Source: Coriobacteriia bacterium
GTDB lineage: Bacteria; Actinomycetota; Coriobacteriia; WRKU01; WQUG01
DNA length: 64,000 nt
Direction: 5' to 3'
Assembly: GCA_009779855.1 (NCBI GenBank)
Contig: WRBC01000008.1
Span: 8,615 to 72,614, forward strand
Below, one piece after another: positions 9,055-18,902 of the stretch (positions are counted from its first letter, which is position 1; each line of letters opens with the position of its first letter). The position numbers and the translations under genes are program-made. Under the pieces are notes generated by a model. The model was not told the DNA's origin and did not search any database. It saw only the letters and a list, made by a program, of their open reading frames with translations.

Positions 9055-10572
9055 CTACGTTAAGCAGCTGGTCTCTTTCATGCGATCTGCATGACTCAAG
9101 TGGGAAAGTTCAACAACGCGGCTAAGGTCGAGTTTCAGCGCTTCCGCAAGCTTTGTTCCGTATTCAACGTCTGCCAGGTAGCAATGTGCGGCATGGCGCA
9201 GTTTCACGTTGTCGCTTACGGGACCAATATTAGCTGCAGTATTAGCGATTAGGACTTCTTTTTTATCCTCGGAAATCAGACGGTATAAATCTCCTGCTTG
9301 GTAGAAGGTATTATCAGTCTGATCCTCTTTTGGTTCATAACTGTCCATTGCCCCAGCTAGTTCTAGTGGAGGTTCTTTGTATTCTGGCTGCTCAGCCCAC
9401 TCATTGAAGCTATTCGGTTGGTAATGGGCAGTTGCACCATAATTACCGTCTACCCTCATTTGTCCATCACGGTGATAAGAGTGCACAGGGCATTTTGGTG
9501 CGTTGACAGGAATAAGATTATGGTTAACGCCTAAACGATAACGTTGAGCATCCCCATAAGAAAACAGACGCGCTTGCAATAATTTATCAGGAGACAACCC
9601 TACACCAGGAACAATGTTTGCAGGGTTAAAGGCAGCCTGCTCTACATCTGCAAAGTAATTGTCTGGATTACGGTTCAGTTCGAATGTTCCCACAGGAATC
9701 AGGGGAAAGTCACCTTTGTGCCACACTTTTGTAATATCGAAAGGGTTTTCCCCGTGTTCCTTGGCCTGATCTTCGGTCATTACCTGAATGTAGAAGTCCC
9801 ATTTTGGAAAGTCGCCAGACTCAACACTGTCAAGTAAGTCGCGCTGATGACTTTCGCGGTCATGCCCAACAAGTTCTACTGCTTCCTTGTCAGTTAGGTT
9901 TTTAATTCCTTGACGGGTACGCCAATGATATTTAACCCACACACGCTGATTGTCGGCGTTTATCATGCTGAAAGTATGGCTTCCAAAGCCGTGCATGTGC
10001 CTGTACGTTGCAGGAAGACCCCTGTCTGACATAACGATAGTGACCTGATGTAAGGCTTCAGGTAACATGCTCCAGAAGTCCCAGTTATTTTGAGGGGACC
10101 TCATGTTGGTTTTGGGGTCACGCTTTACCGCATGATTTAGGTCAGGAAAACGTAAGCCATCACGCAGGAAAAATACAGGAGTATTGTTTCCTACCAAATC
10201 CCAGTTGCCTTCCTCTGTGTAGAACTTCAAGGCAAAGCCACGAATATCACGCTCGGCATCTGCTGCACCGCGTTCACCGGCGACAGTAGAGAAGCGTACA
10301 AACATCTCAGTCTCTTTACCAATTTCTTCAAACATTCTTGCTTTTGTGTACTTCGTAATATCGTGTGTGACGGTAAACGTGCCAAAAGCACCAGAGCCTT
10401 TTGCGTGCATTCTTCGCTCAGGAATAACCTCACGATCAAAGTGGGCCAATTTTTCAATAAACCAGGGATTTTGCAGCGTCATGGGACCGCGGTCTCCTGC
10501 GGTCATGGAATTGGTATTATCTGCTACGGGTGCTCCAGCTGCGGTAGTCAGCTTCTTGTCATGATGTTCCAT
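9055..10572 (-). CDS. katA: Monofunctional heme catalase
   Basis: Typical clade-3 catalase core (RERIPERVVHAKG-like [20 protein letters not shown], heme-distal H, proximal Y region [14 protein letters not shown]). ~505 aa from the MEHHDKK start. Confidence 0.9.
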   Translation of the reverse strand: MEHHDKKLTTAAGAPVADNTNSMTAGDRGPMTLQNPWFIEKLAHFDREVIPERRMHAKGSGAFGTFTVTHDITKYTKARMFEEIGKETEMFVRFSTVAGERGAADAERDIRGFALKFYTEEGNWDLVGNNTPVFFLRDGLRFPDLNHAVKRDPKTNMRSPQNNWDFWSMLPEALHQVTIVMSDRGLPATYRHMHGFGSHTFSMINADNQRVWVKYHWRTRQGIKNLTDKEAVELVGHDRESHQRDLLDSVESGDFPKWDFYIQVMTEDQAKEHGENPFDITKVWHKGDFPLIPVGTFELNRNPDNYFADVEQAAFNPANIVPGVGLSPDKLLQARLFSYGDAQRYRLGVNHNLIPVNAPKCPVHSYHRDGQMRVDGNYGATAHYQPNSFNEWAEQPEYKEPPLELAGAMDSYEPKEDQTDNTFYQAGDLYRLISEDKKEVLIANTAANIGPVSDNVKLRHAAHCYLADVEYGTKLAEALKLDLSRVVELSHLSHADRMKETSCLT

Positions 10573-10668
10573 GTGTTCCCCCTTCATTTGTGTACAGAAT
10601 AATCTATACATACTAAAAATAATAATGATTCCTATTTATTGTATCACTTGCAAATACTGAGCAAATAA

Positions 10669-10702
10669 AACACCCGTCCTAGCCTAGGCCTGAACGGGTG
10701 TT
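10669..10702 (-). terminator. Rho-independent terminator after the acidic-protein gene (minus strand)
   Basis: 9-bp stem aacacccgt / acgggtgtt with an internal palindromic loop. The poly-A on the + strand corresponds to a poly-U after the hairpin on the minus strand. Confidence 0.45.
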
Positions 10703-10728
10703 GAAGTTGGTCGTGTTGCTTTGAAGGC

Positions 10729-11184
10729 CTAAGCTTTCTTTTTTCTTGTGGCGACAAAGAAAGCTACTCCGCCTGCTACAAAGAGACCTGCTACTGTTAT
10801 TGCTACGGGAATCCAACCAATCCCTGCTGGATCATCTTCCGCTTCGTCAACAGCAGTTTCAGCCTCTTCCTCAGTGTCTGTGAGGGTATCGTCTAGAGGT
10901 GCGTCAAGGTCCGCATCGAAATCTGGCATGTCTCCAGCAATGGGTTCAATGTCAATAGGGTCGCCGTCAAGAGCAATGTCTTCTCCTAGACCCTCGTCAG
11001 GAAAGATATCTTCAGCTTCTTCACCCTCTGCAAATTCTCTTTCTTCTGCTTCGGCTGCGGCTGCAATATTTGCCGTGAAGGGTGCTGTAAAGTTAGGAGT
11101 AGCGGCGGCCTGCAAAGAAAATAGTCCAGCTGTCATACATAGTGCCAGAGCAAGCACAAATAAGCTACCTTTTTGAACCTTCAT
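10729..11184 (-). CDS. Small secreted acidic protein with a C-terminal membrane anchor
   Basis: Signal peptide (MKVQKGSLFVLALALCMTAGLFSLQA), a very D/E-rich middle, a C-terminal TM helix and a KKKA tail. It lies downstream of the histidine kinase on the same strand. Confidence 0.5.
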   Translation of the reverse strand: MKVQKGSLFVLALALCMTAGLFSLQAAATPNFTAPFTANIAAAAEAEEREFAEGEEAEDIFPDEGLGEDIALDGDPIDIEPIAGDMPDFDADLDAPLDDTLTDTEEEAETAVDEAEDDPAGIGWIPVAITVAGLFVAGGVAFFVATRKKKA

Positions 11185-11261
11185 AAAACATGCCTCATTT
11201 CTTGATAATTTGTCTTAAAGCTATCTGCAATTCTATCATGCGATGATAGGCTAGGTAAGGT

Positions 11262-12500
11262 CTAGCGACTACCTCTGATTCGCTTGCGGATCCTTGAAGG
11301 ACGTGGTTGTTTGCCGGTTTCTGTACCCAGCTTTGACATGCGCTCAAAATCGGGAGTAGGGGGGATAGGTAGATATACTGTGAAGCAGCTACCATACTCT
11401 GGAGGGGGGGCATCAGAATGGGCGTCAGGCAACCTGACTTCATCTGCACCAAAGCTTGCATCAATAGTGCCGCCATGTGACTTAACGATTGCCTTAACGA
11501 TGGAAAGCCCAAGTCCACTGCCGCCTGATTTGCGATCACGGCTGTACTGCTGTCTGTTGAAGCGGTCAAAGATACGTGCACGCTTGCTAGCAGGAATGCC
11601 TGGACCATCATCGAACACCGAAAGATAGGCAAATTCTTCAACGTCGGCAAGATGTTCTTCGTGTACTAAGGGGCCAAGGTCATTCTTGTCGACAATGCCG
11701 TACTCTATCCACACGTGTCCATCTTCGCCTACAGCACGGGATGCATTATCAACCAGATTCACAACAACCTGCTGAATACGGTCGATATCGCCTAGCACCT
11801 CTTCGGGCTCACCATAGGTTTCAAAGTAAACGTTACGTACTTCAATTATATGGTCAAGGGTAGCTTTTGCGCGCTCGACAGCAGTGCCCAGACTAAAGCG
11901 TGATAGTTTGATTTCACCGGTACCACCTTCAATGCGCTGAAGAGTGAGTAAGTCATTTGCTAGGCGCGTTAAGCGAGCAGACTCAGAGATAATCATATTA
12001 AGAAAGCGAACACGGTCTTCTTCCTCCATGTCTCCTTCAAGCAAGGTCTCTGCTGCGCCTCGAATTGAAGTTAGAGGGGTACGAAGTTCGTGAGAAACGT
12101 CACTGATAAAGCCAGATTCTCTTTGGTCTTCTGCATGGACATTACTAAGAGCTGATTCGCCTTCTTCTGCCATGCGATTAATCTGTTCGGATAGGCTGCG
12201 TAATTCTGTGATGTTCGATCCCCAAGTACGTGCAGATTTGTTTCCGCGGTTGTATTCACGCACCTTTTCGGTCATAGAGGTAACGTCGCGTTCGATTGCG
12301 GTTGTTGATTTGCTAATCATGAGCCATGTAATAGCAGCTATAACGATGCTGACAAAAAAGATATAGATGACATTTTCATAGTTCCCCGTGAAAAAGGCTA
12401 GGAGTGCCGCACATAAAGCCGTTGCAGACGTTGCAAACAGGCCAATATTGCGCGCATGACGCTCTATGCGTGATTTTATTGAATTGCGCGCATTAGACAT
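11262..12500 (-). CDS. Sensor histidine kinase (intramembrane-sensing type)
   Basis: Two N-terminal TM helices with a minimal extracytoplasmic loop. HisKA H-box (SHELRTPLTSIRG) and HATPase_c (DDGPGIP, GGSGLGLSIV). Confidence 0.85.
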   Translation of the reverse strand: MSNARNSIKSRIERHARNIGLFATSATALCAALLAFFTGNYENVIYIFFVSIVIAAITWLMISKSTTAIERDVTSMTEKVREYNRGNKSARTWGSNITELRSLSEQINRMAEEGESALSNVHAEDQRESGFISDVSHELRTPLTSIRGAAETLLEGDMEEEDRVRFLNMIISESARLTRLANDLLTLQRIEGGTGEIKLSRFSLGTAVERAKATLDHIIEVRNVYFETYGEPEEVLGDIDRIQQVVVNLVDNASRAVGEDGHVWIEYGIVDKNDLGPLVHEEHLADVEEFAYLSVFDDGPGIPASKRARIFDRFNRQQYSRDRKSGGSGLGLSIVKAIVKSHGGTIDASFGADEVRLPDAHSDAPPPEYGSCFTVYLPIPPTPDFERMSKLGTETGKQPRPSRIRKRIRGSR

Positions 12501-12512
12501 TGAAGAGGGCGC

Positions 12513-13214
12513 TTAAGAGTCTGCCTTAAAGCGGTAGCCGTACCCTCGTACAGTCTCAATTACGTGCGAATCTATTCCCGCAGCCTCTAGCTTATCGCGC
12601 AAGCGCTTTACGTGGGTATCCACCGTTTTTGTCTCCACTAGGTATTCCCAGCCCCAGGCATCACGCAGCAATTGTTCGCGTGACAGAACTTTGCCAGCGC
12701 GCTGCATGAGGCAACTCAGCAGCTCAAATTCGCGAGGAGTCAAGTCAATAGATCCACTTTCGCAGGATGCATGATGGGCTGATTGATCCAGCGTTATTCC
12801 AGCAACAGTGATAGTGTTCGAGTCTTCGGTACCACCCTCAAATGAGCTGCGGCGCAAGAGTGCTTTGACACGAGCAGTTAGTTCACGCACGCCAAAGGGT
12901 TTAGTTAGGTAGTCGTCCCCGCCAATTTCTAGGCCAACAACCTTATCAATCTCGGTGTCGCGTGCTGATAGGAAGAGTACGGGAACATTGGACGTGCTCC
13001 GCAATTTTTTGCACACTTCGTAGCCGTTGATGTCGGGCATCATTATGTCCAAGATAACTAACGAGAAATCACCATCTGCAAATAATTCCAGTGCTGTGGC
13101 ACCATCATGTGCGACCGTGACATCGTAGCCCTCTTTTTTCAGATTGTATTGCACAAATTCTGTAATCGAAGCTTCGTCATCTACGATAAGAATCTTGTAT
13201 TGCGCATCAGACAT
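12513..13214 (-). CDS. OmpR/PhoB-family response regulator
   Basis: Receiver domain (ILIVDDE...D at LVILDIMMPD) plus a winged-helix trans_reg_C domain (GYGYRF). SenX3-RegX3/PhoPR-like pairing with the downstream kinase. Confidence 0.85.
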   Translation of the reverse strand: MSDAQYKILIVDDEASITEFVQYNLKKEGYDVTVAHDGATALELFADGDFSLVILDIMMPDINGYEVCKKLRSTSNVPVLFLSARDTEIDKVVGLEIGGDDYLTKPFGVRELTARVKALLRRSSFEGGTEDSNTITVAGITLDQSAHHASCESGSIDLTPREFELLSCLMQRAGKVLSREQLLRDAWGWEYLVETKTVDTHVKRLRDKLEAAGIDSHVIETVRGYGYRFKADS

Positions 13215-13309
13215 TATTGAAATCCTTTCCCTATTGTAGAAGATGATACCATTAATGGCTGTATGTTTTGACTTCAGGGTTATCCGTTATATAACCTTTA
13301 TATAACCTG

Positions 13310-14407
13310 TTGTTTTACTTGAGAGGACAAATTGAAGTGCGCGAGAAACTCATTCACATATTAGACTCATATAAGACTCTGGGAGAGAAGATGGGAGACC
13401 CAGACGTTCTGTCAGATCAAACAGAATATACGCGCCTAGCAAAGGAGCATCGCCAGCAGACTCCTTTGGCAGATCTTGCGCAGGAATATTTAAAAGTAGT
13501 GGATGAACGTGATGCGACAAAACAGATGCTTAATGAAGAAAGCGATGCAGATTTGAAGGAGATGGCTGCTGAAGAATTGCGTGAGCTTAACGCGCGTGAA
13601 GAAGAGCTATCCGAGGAAATCAAATTTATGCTAATTCCGCAAGACCCTAATGACGAAAAGGACATTATTGTTGAGATACGTGGTGGTGCTGGTGGGGATG
13701 AAGCCAATATCTTTGCAGGCGACCTGTATCGCATGTATACACGCTTTTGTGAGGCCCAGCGCTGGAAGGTAAGCGAGATTGACTCGAGCACTTCAGACTC
13801 TGGAGGCTTCAAAGAAGTTTCCTTTCGTGTTAAGGGTGACCGTGTTTATTCGGTTATGAAGTTTGAATCTGGCGTTCATCGTGTTCAACGTGTTCCGAAA
13901 ACAGAATCACAGGGACGCATCCACACTTCAACGGCTACTGTTGCAGTACTACCAGAAGTTGAGGATGTCGAGGTAGAGATTAATCCTGCTGACCTGCGTA
14001 TTGACGTGTATCGCTCTAGTGGACCTGGGGGACAGAGTGTTAATACAACAGATTCAGCAGTGCGCATTACTCATGAACCAACAGGCCTTGTAGTGCAATC
14101 GCAGAACCAAAAATCACAATTACAAAATAGGGAAGCTGCAATGCGCGTACTGCGTGCACGCCTCTATGAGCAAGAATTGGCACGTCAGCACGCGGAATTA
14201 GGCGAGGAGCGTCGTGCCCAAATTGGCTCAGGAGATCGCAGCGAGAAGATCCGCACTTACAATGGCCCGCAAGACCGCGTGACAGATCATCGCATTGGAT
14301 GGAGTGGGTCATATAATGCAATCTTAAATGGCGGAGAGCTGAAAGAAATTACCGATGCATTAATAGCGGCAGATAGGGCGGAACGCCTAGCAGCGTCCAC
14401 AGGCTAG
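13310..14407 (+). CDS. prfA: Peptide chain release factor 1
   Basis: GGQ motif ([10 protein letters not shown]) and an RF1-type tripeptide region ([21 protein letters not shown]). The N-terminal start is uncertain. Confidence 0.85.
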   Translation: MFYLRGQIEVREKLIHILDSYKTLGEKMGDPDVLSDQTEYTRLAKEHRQQTPLADLAQEYLKVVDERDATKQMLNEESDADLKEMAAEELRELNAREEELSEEIKFMLIPQDPNDEKDIIVEIRGGAGGDEANIFAGDLYRMYTRFCEAQRWKVSEIDSSTSDSGGFKEVSFRVKGDRVYSVMKFESGVHRVQRVPKTESQGRIHTSTATVAVLPEVEDVEVEINPADLRIDVYRSSGPGGQSVNTTDSAVRITHEPTGLVVQSQNQKSQLQNREAAMRVLRARLYEQELARQHAELGEERRAQIGSGDRSEKIRTYNGPQDRVTDHRIGWSGSYNAILNGGELKEITDALIAADRAERLAASTG

Positions 14408-14457
14408 GATAGAGTAAAGACCTATAAAGGGTTTGCGTGATTTTTTCGATAATTTGG

Positions 14458-14466
14458 TGATATACT
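14458..14466 (+). promoter_or_regulatory. Putative extended -10 promoter element for mihF
   Basis: TGATATACT (TGnTATACT) lies ~65 bp upstream of the mIHF start. Confidence 0.3.
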
Positions 14467-14532
14467 AAAGAGTCCTGGGGGAACGTAAATTGAATGAATT
14501 TAGGTTCCGTGCAAACAGAAGGGGGAGGCCAA

Positions 14533-14841
14533 ATGGCATTGCCAAAGCTTACCGATGAACAACGTAAAGAGTATCTAGAGCGCGCCGCCGCCGCTAGGCG
14601 TGACCGTGCAAAGCTTCGCAAGGAACTTAAGGCAGGCAAAGTAAGCTTTCTTGAGGTTATGAATAGGGCAGATGATCCTGTTGTGGCGCGCATGAAAGTT
14701 TTTACTCTGCTTGAATCTTTGCCTGGATACGGAAAAGCACGTGCACAGGCAGTCCTTGAAGAGGTTGGCATTGCAGAAACGCGCAAAGTTCAAGGTCTTG
14801 GTACGCGTCAACGTACAGAACTAATCGATCTCTTTTCTTAG
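14533..14841 (+). CDS. mihF: Actinobacterial integration host factor (mIHF/sIHF)
   Basis: MALPKLTDEQRKEYLERAAAARRDRAKLRKELKAGKVSF...LLESLPGYGKARAQAVLEEVGIAETRKVQGLG matches the mIHF family. It is followed by gmk and rpoZ, as in actinobacteria. Confidence 0.8.
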   Translation: MALPKLTDEQRKEYLERAAAARRDRAKLRKELKAGKVSFLEVMNRADDPVVARMKVFTLLESLPGYGKARAQAVLEEVGIAETRKVQGLGTRQRTELIDLFS

Positions 14842-14884
14842 ATCTTAGATATTCGAACTTAAATATAGGGCTGGGCTAGATAGC

Positions 14885-15451
14885 ATTTCTGCAAAATTAT
14901 TCATAATTTCTGGTCCATCAGGGGTAGGTAAAGGTACCTTACTCGAAAGGGTTCTTGAGCGCAGGACAGATGCGTGGTTTTCTGTGTCTGCTACTACCCG
15001 AAAGCCGCGCCCAAAAGAGGCGGATGGTGTCCACTATCGCTTTGTTACCCGTGAGCAGTTTGAAAATTGGATTGCTGCGGGTGGATTATTGGAGTGGGCA
15101 CAAGTGCATGGGGGCGAATACTACGGAACTCCTCGCGAACCTGTTCAGGATCAGCTCAATCAGGGCAATAGTGTTTTTCTAGATATTGACACACAAGGCG
15201 CACTTCAGGTAATGGATGCTATGCCAGAAGCCGTTTCGATCTTCGTCGAACCACCTACAATTGGTGAACTAGAAAAACGTCTGAAAGGACGAGGAACAGA
15301 GAGTCCAGAGCAGATTGAGGGACGCATTGCTATCGCGGAGCATGAAATCAAACAAAAGATGCGCTATAATTATCAGCTTGTGAACGATGATCTTGACGTG
15401 GCCACTGAAGAGCTTTGTCGCATCATTACAGCAGAAGAGGCACAAGAATAG
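14885..15451 (+). CDS. gmk: Guanylate kinase
   Basis: P-loop IISGPSGVGKGT followed by GMP-binding motifs. No ATG/GTG/TTG is present in frame before the P-loop, so the start is probably a rare ATT/ATA or the position is uncertain. Confidence 0.75.
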   Translation: MSAKLFIISGPSGVGKGTLLERVLERRTDAWFSVSATTRKPRPKEADGVHYRFVTREQFENWIAAGGLLEWAQVHGGEYYGTPREPVQDQLNQGNSVFLDIDTQGALQVMDAMPEAVSIFVEPPTIGELEKRLKGRGTESPEQIEGRIAIAEHEIKQKMRYNYQLVNDDLDVATEELCRIITAEEAQE

Positions 15452-15471
15452 AAGGAGCGTGGAGACATTTC

Positions 15472-15759
15472 ATGTCTATTGTTAATCCTGAAGTAGATAA
15501 ATTGCTTGATAAGGTTGATTCTAAGTTTACCCTTTGTACTTTGGCGTCAAAACGCGCCTGTCAGATTAATGACATGGTGCATGGTGTTCGTGAGCAGGCG
15601 CTTAGTGCTATGGCAACAAGTGAGATTGCCAAACTTACCAGTGCAAAACCTTTAGCACTGGCCATGGACGAAATCGCTCGCGGAGATGTGTCTCCGGAAG
15701 CCCCGTTGGGTGCTCAGGTCGACGATGCAGGCACTGACGCTGACGAGATGCTTGGCTAA
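15472..15759 (+). CDS. rpoZ: DNA-directed RNA polymerase subunit omega
   Basis: MSIVNPEVDKLLDKVDSKFTLCTLASKRACQIN matches the RpoZ N-terminus. Conserved position after gmk. Confidence 0.8.
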   Translation: MSIVNPEVDKLLDKVDSKFTLCTLASKRACQINDMVHGVREQALSAMATSEIAKLTSAKPLALAMDEIARGDVSPEAPLGAQVDDAGTDADEMLG

Positions 15760-15783
15760 GAAGAAATAGCCTCGCATAACCTT

Positions 15784-17022
15784 GTGCCAAGTACTGTCTG
15801 TTTTATATCCTTCCATGAACTTGCCTTAAAAGGAAGGAATCGCAGTGTTTTTGAGCGTCGTCTTAAAGATAATCTGAATGCCTGTCTTCGGGACACATCT
15901 TTTGATGTATCCCGCGTAAAACGTATAGCAGGGTCACTTACGGTAGCTATTCATGACTCCAGCCAGGCAGAGGAATGTGCACATATATTGGCACGAGTTC
16001 CTGGGGTAACTGCAGTTGCCATTGCCTATAAAACGAATAGAGACTGGAACACTATTTGTGAAACTGCACTACAGGCTTTGCGGGAGGCTGCCCCAGAGCA
16101 GGGAAGTTATACCTTCAAGGTAGACTCACGCAGGTCCAGCACTGACTTTCCTAAGAGTAGTATGGATATCAATCGTGAGGTTGGCGCGCACTTGTTGGCT
16201 GCGGTCATTGACGACGGTGCGGGTGTCCGCATGAAAAATCCTGATGTTCTGGTTAGCATTAAAATAGTTGAGGGTTCGACCTATATTTCCACAAGAAAGA
16301 TAAAAGGCATTGGAGGCCTGCCGTCAGGATCTTCAGGGCGTACCGTCTCACTTCTTTCATCGGGGATAGATTCGCCCGTAGCAAGTTACAGAATGATTAA
16401 ACGCGGGTCAGTAGTGCTAGGACTTCACTTTTCTGGTCGTCCTCAGACTAATGATTCAAGTGAACGTTTGGTGCTAGAAATTGGGGAAGTATTAGCACGT
16501 ACTGGTGGTCTGGCGCGTATCTATGTTATTCCTTTTGGGGATATTCAGCGCGAGGTAGCAGCTACAGTAGAGCCGTCCTTGCGTGTGATTATGTATCGTC
16601 GTTTGATGTTGGTAATAGCTGAAAAGCTTGCGTGCAGTCAGGGAGCAAAGGCCCTTATCACAGGGGAATCTTTAGGGCAGGTTGCTTCTCAGACACTTGA
16701 TAATATTGTTGCGACCAATGAGGCAGTAGAGATGCCCGTATTGCGTCCTCTAATCGGTAGTGACAAAGATGAAATCATTAACGAAGCTCGCCATATTGGC
16801 AGCTTTGATCTCTCAATACAGGACGCTGAGGACTGCTGTACGCTTTTTATGCCGCGTAGTCCAGAAACACACGCGCGTCCAAAGCAGGTAGCAGCTTCAT
16901 GGAATTTGCTTGATGTGGATGATTTGGTTTTACGTGCACTAGAAAGTATTGAAGTGCACGAATTTAATCCTCGCTTTGGGGTTCATAAACCTTTGAGAGT
17001 AATTGAAGACGGAAGCGTTTAA
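15784..17022 (+). CDS. thiI: tRNA 4-thiouridine(8) synthase / thiamine biosynthesis protein ThiI
   Basis: THUMP-like N-terminus and PP-loop LLSSGIDSPVASY. Confidence 0.8.
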   Translation: MPSTVCFISFHELALKGRNRSVFERRLKDNLNACLRDTSFDVSRVKRIAGSLTVAIHDSSQAEECAHILARVPGVTAVAIAYKTNRDWNTICETALQALREAAPEQGSYTFKVDSRRSSTDFPKSSMDINREVGAHLLAAVIDDGAGVRMKNPDVLVSIKIVEGSTYISTRKIKGIGGLPSGSSGRTVSLLSSGIDSPVASYRMIKRGSVVLGLHFSGRPQTNDSSERLVLEIGEVLARTGGLARIYVIPFGDIQREVAATVEPSLRVIMYRRLMLVIAEKLACSQGAKALITGESLGQVASQTLDNIVATNEAVEMPVLRPLIGSDKDEIINEARHIGSFDLSIQDAEDCCTLFMPRSPETHARPKQVAASWNLLDVDDLVLRALESIEVHEFNPRFGVHKPLRVIEDGSV

Positions 17023-17042
17023 TAGGAAAGGAATATTAAAGA

Positions 17043-17413
17043 TGACTTATTGTTCAGGATGCGGCACAAAATTGGAGCAAGGTATGCAAGCGTGCCCTGC
17101 TTGTGGAAAGATGGACGGCACCAGCGCAACTGACGCAGCGCAAGGACAAGCTTTTGCTGCTGCACAAGCAGAGGGGGCAACTGCATTTCCTCAGACTGCG
17201 CCAAAAAATGATACACCTGATATCTGGATTCCTATTCTTGCCTTCTTTATTCCTGTTGTAGGGCTTATTCTTTATTTAGTTTGGAAGGACGATAAGCCGC
17301 AGTCTTCAAGCGCTGCAGGAAAATTTGCCCTAATCGGTTTTATTGTTGAGGTCGTGATTGGTATACTGATCTTCTGCTCGATAATCTTTTTGATTTCCAT
17401 GAGCACCATATAG
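17043..17413 (+). CDS. Zinc-ribbon domain membrane protein (DUF4870-like)
   Basis: N-terminal CSGCG...CPACG zinc ribbon and two C-terminal TM helices. Confidence 0.5.
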
Positions 17414-17465
17414 ACGCGGGCTTAAAAGAGGACTGTTTTAAGTAAGGCAGATTAAGGCTTTTAGA

Positions 17466-17915
17466 TTAGCTGCCACTTTGAACTTCATAAGGACTTGTTG
17501 CAGCATGGGCATTAGAATACTGCATCCAAAACATCCCTGCGACCGTTAGAGCAATAAGTAGAGTCGCAAGTCCAAGGGCAATACCCTGAGATAGGCGCCG
17601 GTCTTGTTGGTGCCTGCGTTCGTTGGCTGTCTTCAGGCGCATCTCTCCATAAAGGGGGAAGTGTGAAGAATTGCTTCTATGGGAAGAGCTGTCGTAATTC
17701 AGCCCACTATAAGGGCAAAAACTGTTCATGGCTGCAGCCGCCTTAGGCGAGTAATCTTTGCCGGGAGTATTTAGTGGATTCGAACTAATAATGCGAGGCT
17801 GAACACTATCATGAACCCGTCTGGGAAAAGAGTCTGAGTAAAGAGAAATTCTATTATTTCGTCTGCGTGTGACACGGACACGTGGGCTAATTTGTTGTTT
17901 ATGGTCGGATTGCAT
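17466..17915 (-). CDS. Hypothetical membrane-anchored protein
   Basis: 149 aa with a basic N-terminus, a Ser/Pro-rich middle and one TM helix near the C-terminus. No recognisable domain. Confidence 0.35.
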   Translation of the reverse strand: MQSDHKQQISPRVRVTRRRNNRISLYSDSFPRRVHDSVQPRIISSNPLNTPGKDYSPKAAAAMNSFCPYSGLNYDSSSHRSNSSHFPLYGEMRLKTANERRHQQDRRLSQGIALGLATLLIALTVAGMFWMQYSNAHAATSPYEVQSGS

Positions 17916-17993
17916 CAGGGTATTATAGCGTGATTCGTTTCAAAATAGCTACAATAGTGTTCTGAAAATACGTAGATATTTAGGGAGAGCAGA

Positions 17994-18902
17994 TTGCAGG
18001 CGCACGAAGAGCATAAAAATGAAAAGGTAAGTTTTGGACGCTTTCTGTATAGAGTCCTAGGTGGCTTTCTTATCGGCCTAAGCGTATTGGCACCAGGCAT
18101 TAGCGGTAGCATCATTGCCATTATGATGGGTATTTATAAGGATATCCTCGGCATTTTTTCTGCCCCAACAAAAAACATTAAGCGCAATGCCCTATACATT
18201 CTGCCCTTAGCGATAGGAACTGTCGCAAGTATGGTGGCGTTTGTACTGGTCTTCGGTTGGCTTTTTGAGAGTTTTGAAAAGGCTACATACCTCTTTTTTG
18301 TTGGTCTTATTCTGGGAACAATCCCCATTGCTTACAATGAAGTTAGAAAGTACGGTTTTAGTGTTATAGGTGTCATAGGGATGGTGCTTAGTGCGGCAGT
18401 TACTTTCTTTCTTAGTATTGCTGTAGGCGTGGAAACAGATGCGTACACTGCAACACAGGCCACCTTGCAATTTCATGAAATGATATATGGTGGCGTTGCC
18501 ATGGGATCATCCCTTCTTATTCCTGGCATGAGTGCATCAATTATCTTAATGCTATTGGGACTTTATACAGACTTGCTTTTTGCTGCTGAAGCTATCTTGC
18601 GGGGCGAGCTTCATTTACTGGTCTATGTTGGCGTATTTGTTGTCTGTATGTTTGCTGCGGTGATAGTGACCTCACGCTTTATCAAGACAGCCTTTGAGAG
18701 GGTTCCAAAAATTGCCTATGCAGTTGTCCTGGGATTCATTGCTGGATCCTTTCTGGGTATTGGCTTTAACAGTGTGCAAATTGATGATGCGGGCTTCAAT
18801 TGGCTTATTGGGGCGGTTGTCTTTACAGCAGGTACAGCACTTTCGTTGTTCTTTGCCTATCTAAACTTCAAAAAGGAAAAAGCTGATGACGAAAGAAAGT
18901 AA
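17994..18902 (+). CDS. DUF368-family membrane protein (candidate undecaprenyl-phosphate translocase, PopT-like)
   Basis: Polytopic protein with the GISGSIIAIMMG and LIPGMSASIILMLLG paired motifs characteristic of DUF368. Confidence 0.6.
   Translation: MQAHEEHKNEKVSFGRFLYRVLGGFLIGLSVLAPGISGSIIAIMMGIYKDILGIFSAPTKNIKRNALYILPLAIGTVASMVAFVLVFGWLFESFEKATYLFFVGLILGTIPIAYNEVRKYGFSVIGVIGMVLSAAVTFFLSIAVGVETDAYTATQATLQFHEMIYGGVAMGSSLLIPGMSASIILMLLGLYTDLLFAAEAILRGELHLLVYVGVFVVCMFAAVIVTSRFIKTAFERVPKIAYAVVLGFIAGSFLGIGFNSVQIDDAGFNWLIGAVVFTAGTALSLFFAYLNFKKEKADDERK

Noticed and set aside
10748-11176. 142-aa plus-strand ORF overlapping the acidic secreted protein gene
   Set aside because: It is the Ser/Ala-rich antisense translation of a GA-rich acidic repeat. 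The minus-strand frame has a signal peptide, TM anchor and operon context; the plus frame does not.
11195-11650. 151-aa minus-strand ORF overlapping the 3' end of the histidine kinase gene in another frame
   Set aside because: It is entirely nested in the well-supported HATPase domain coding sequence and has no start context; a frame artefact.
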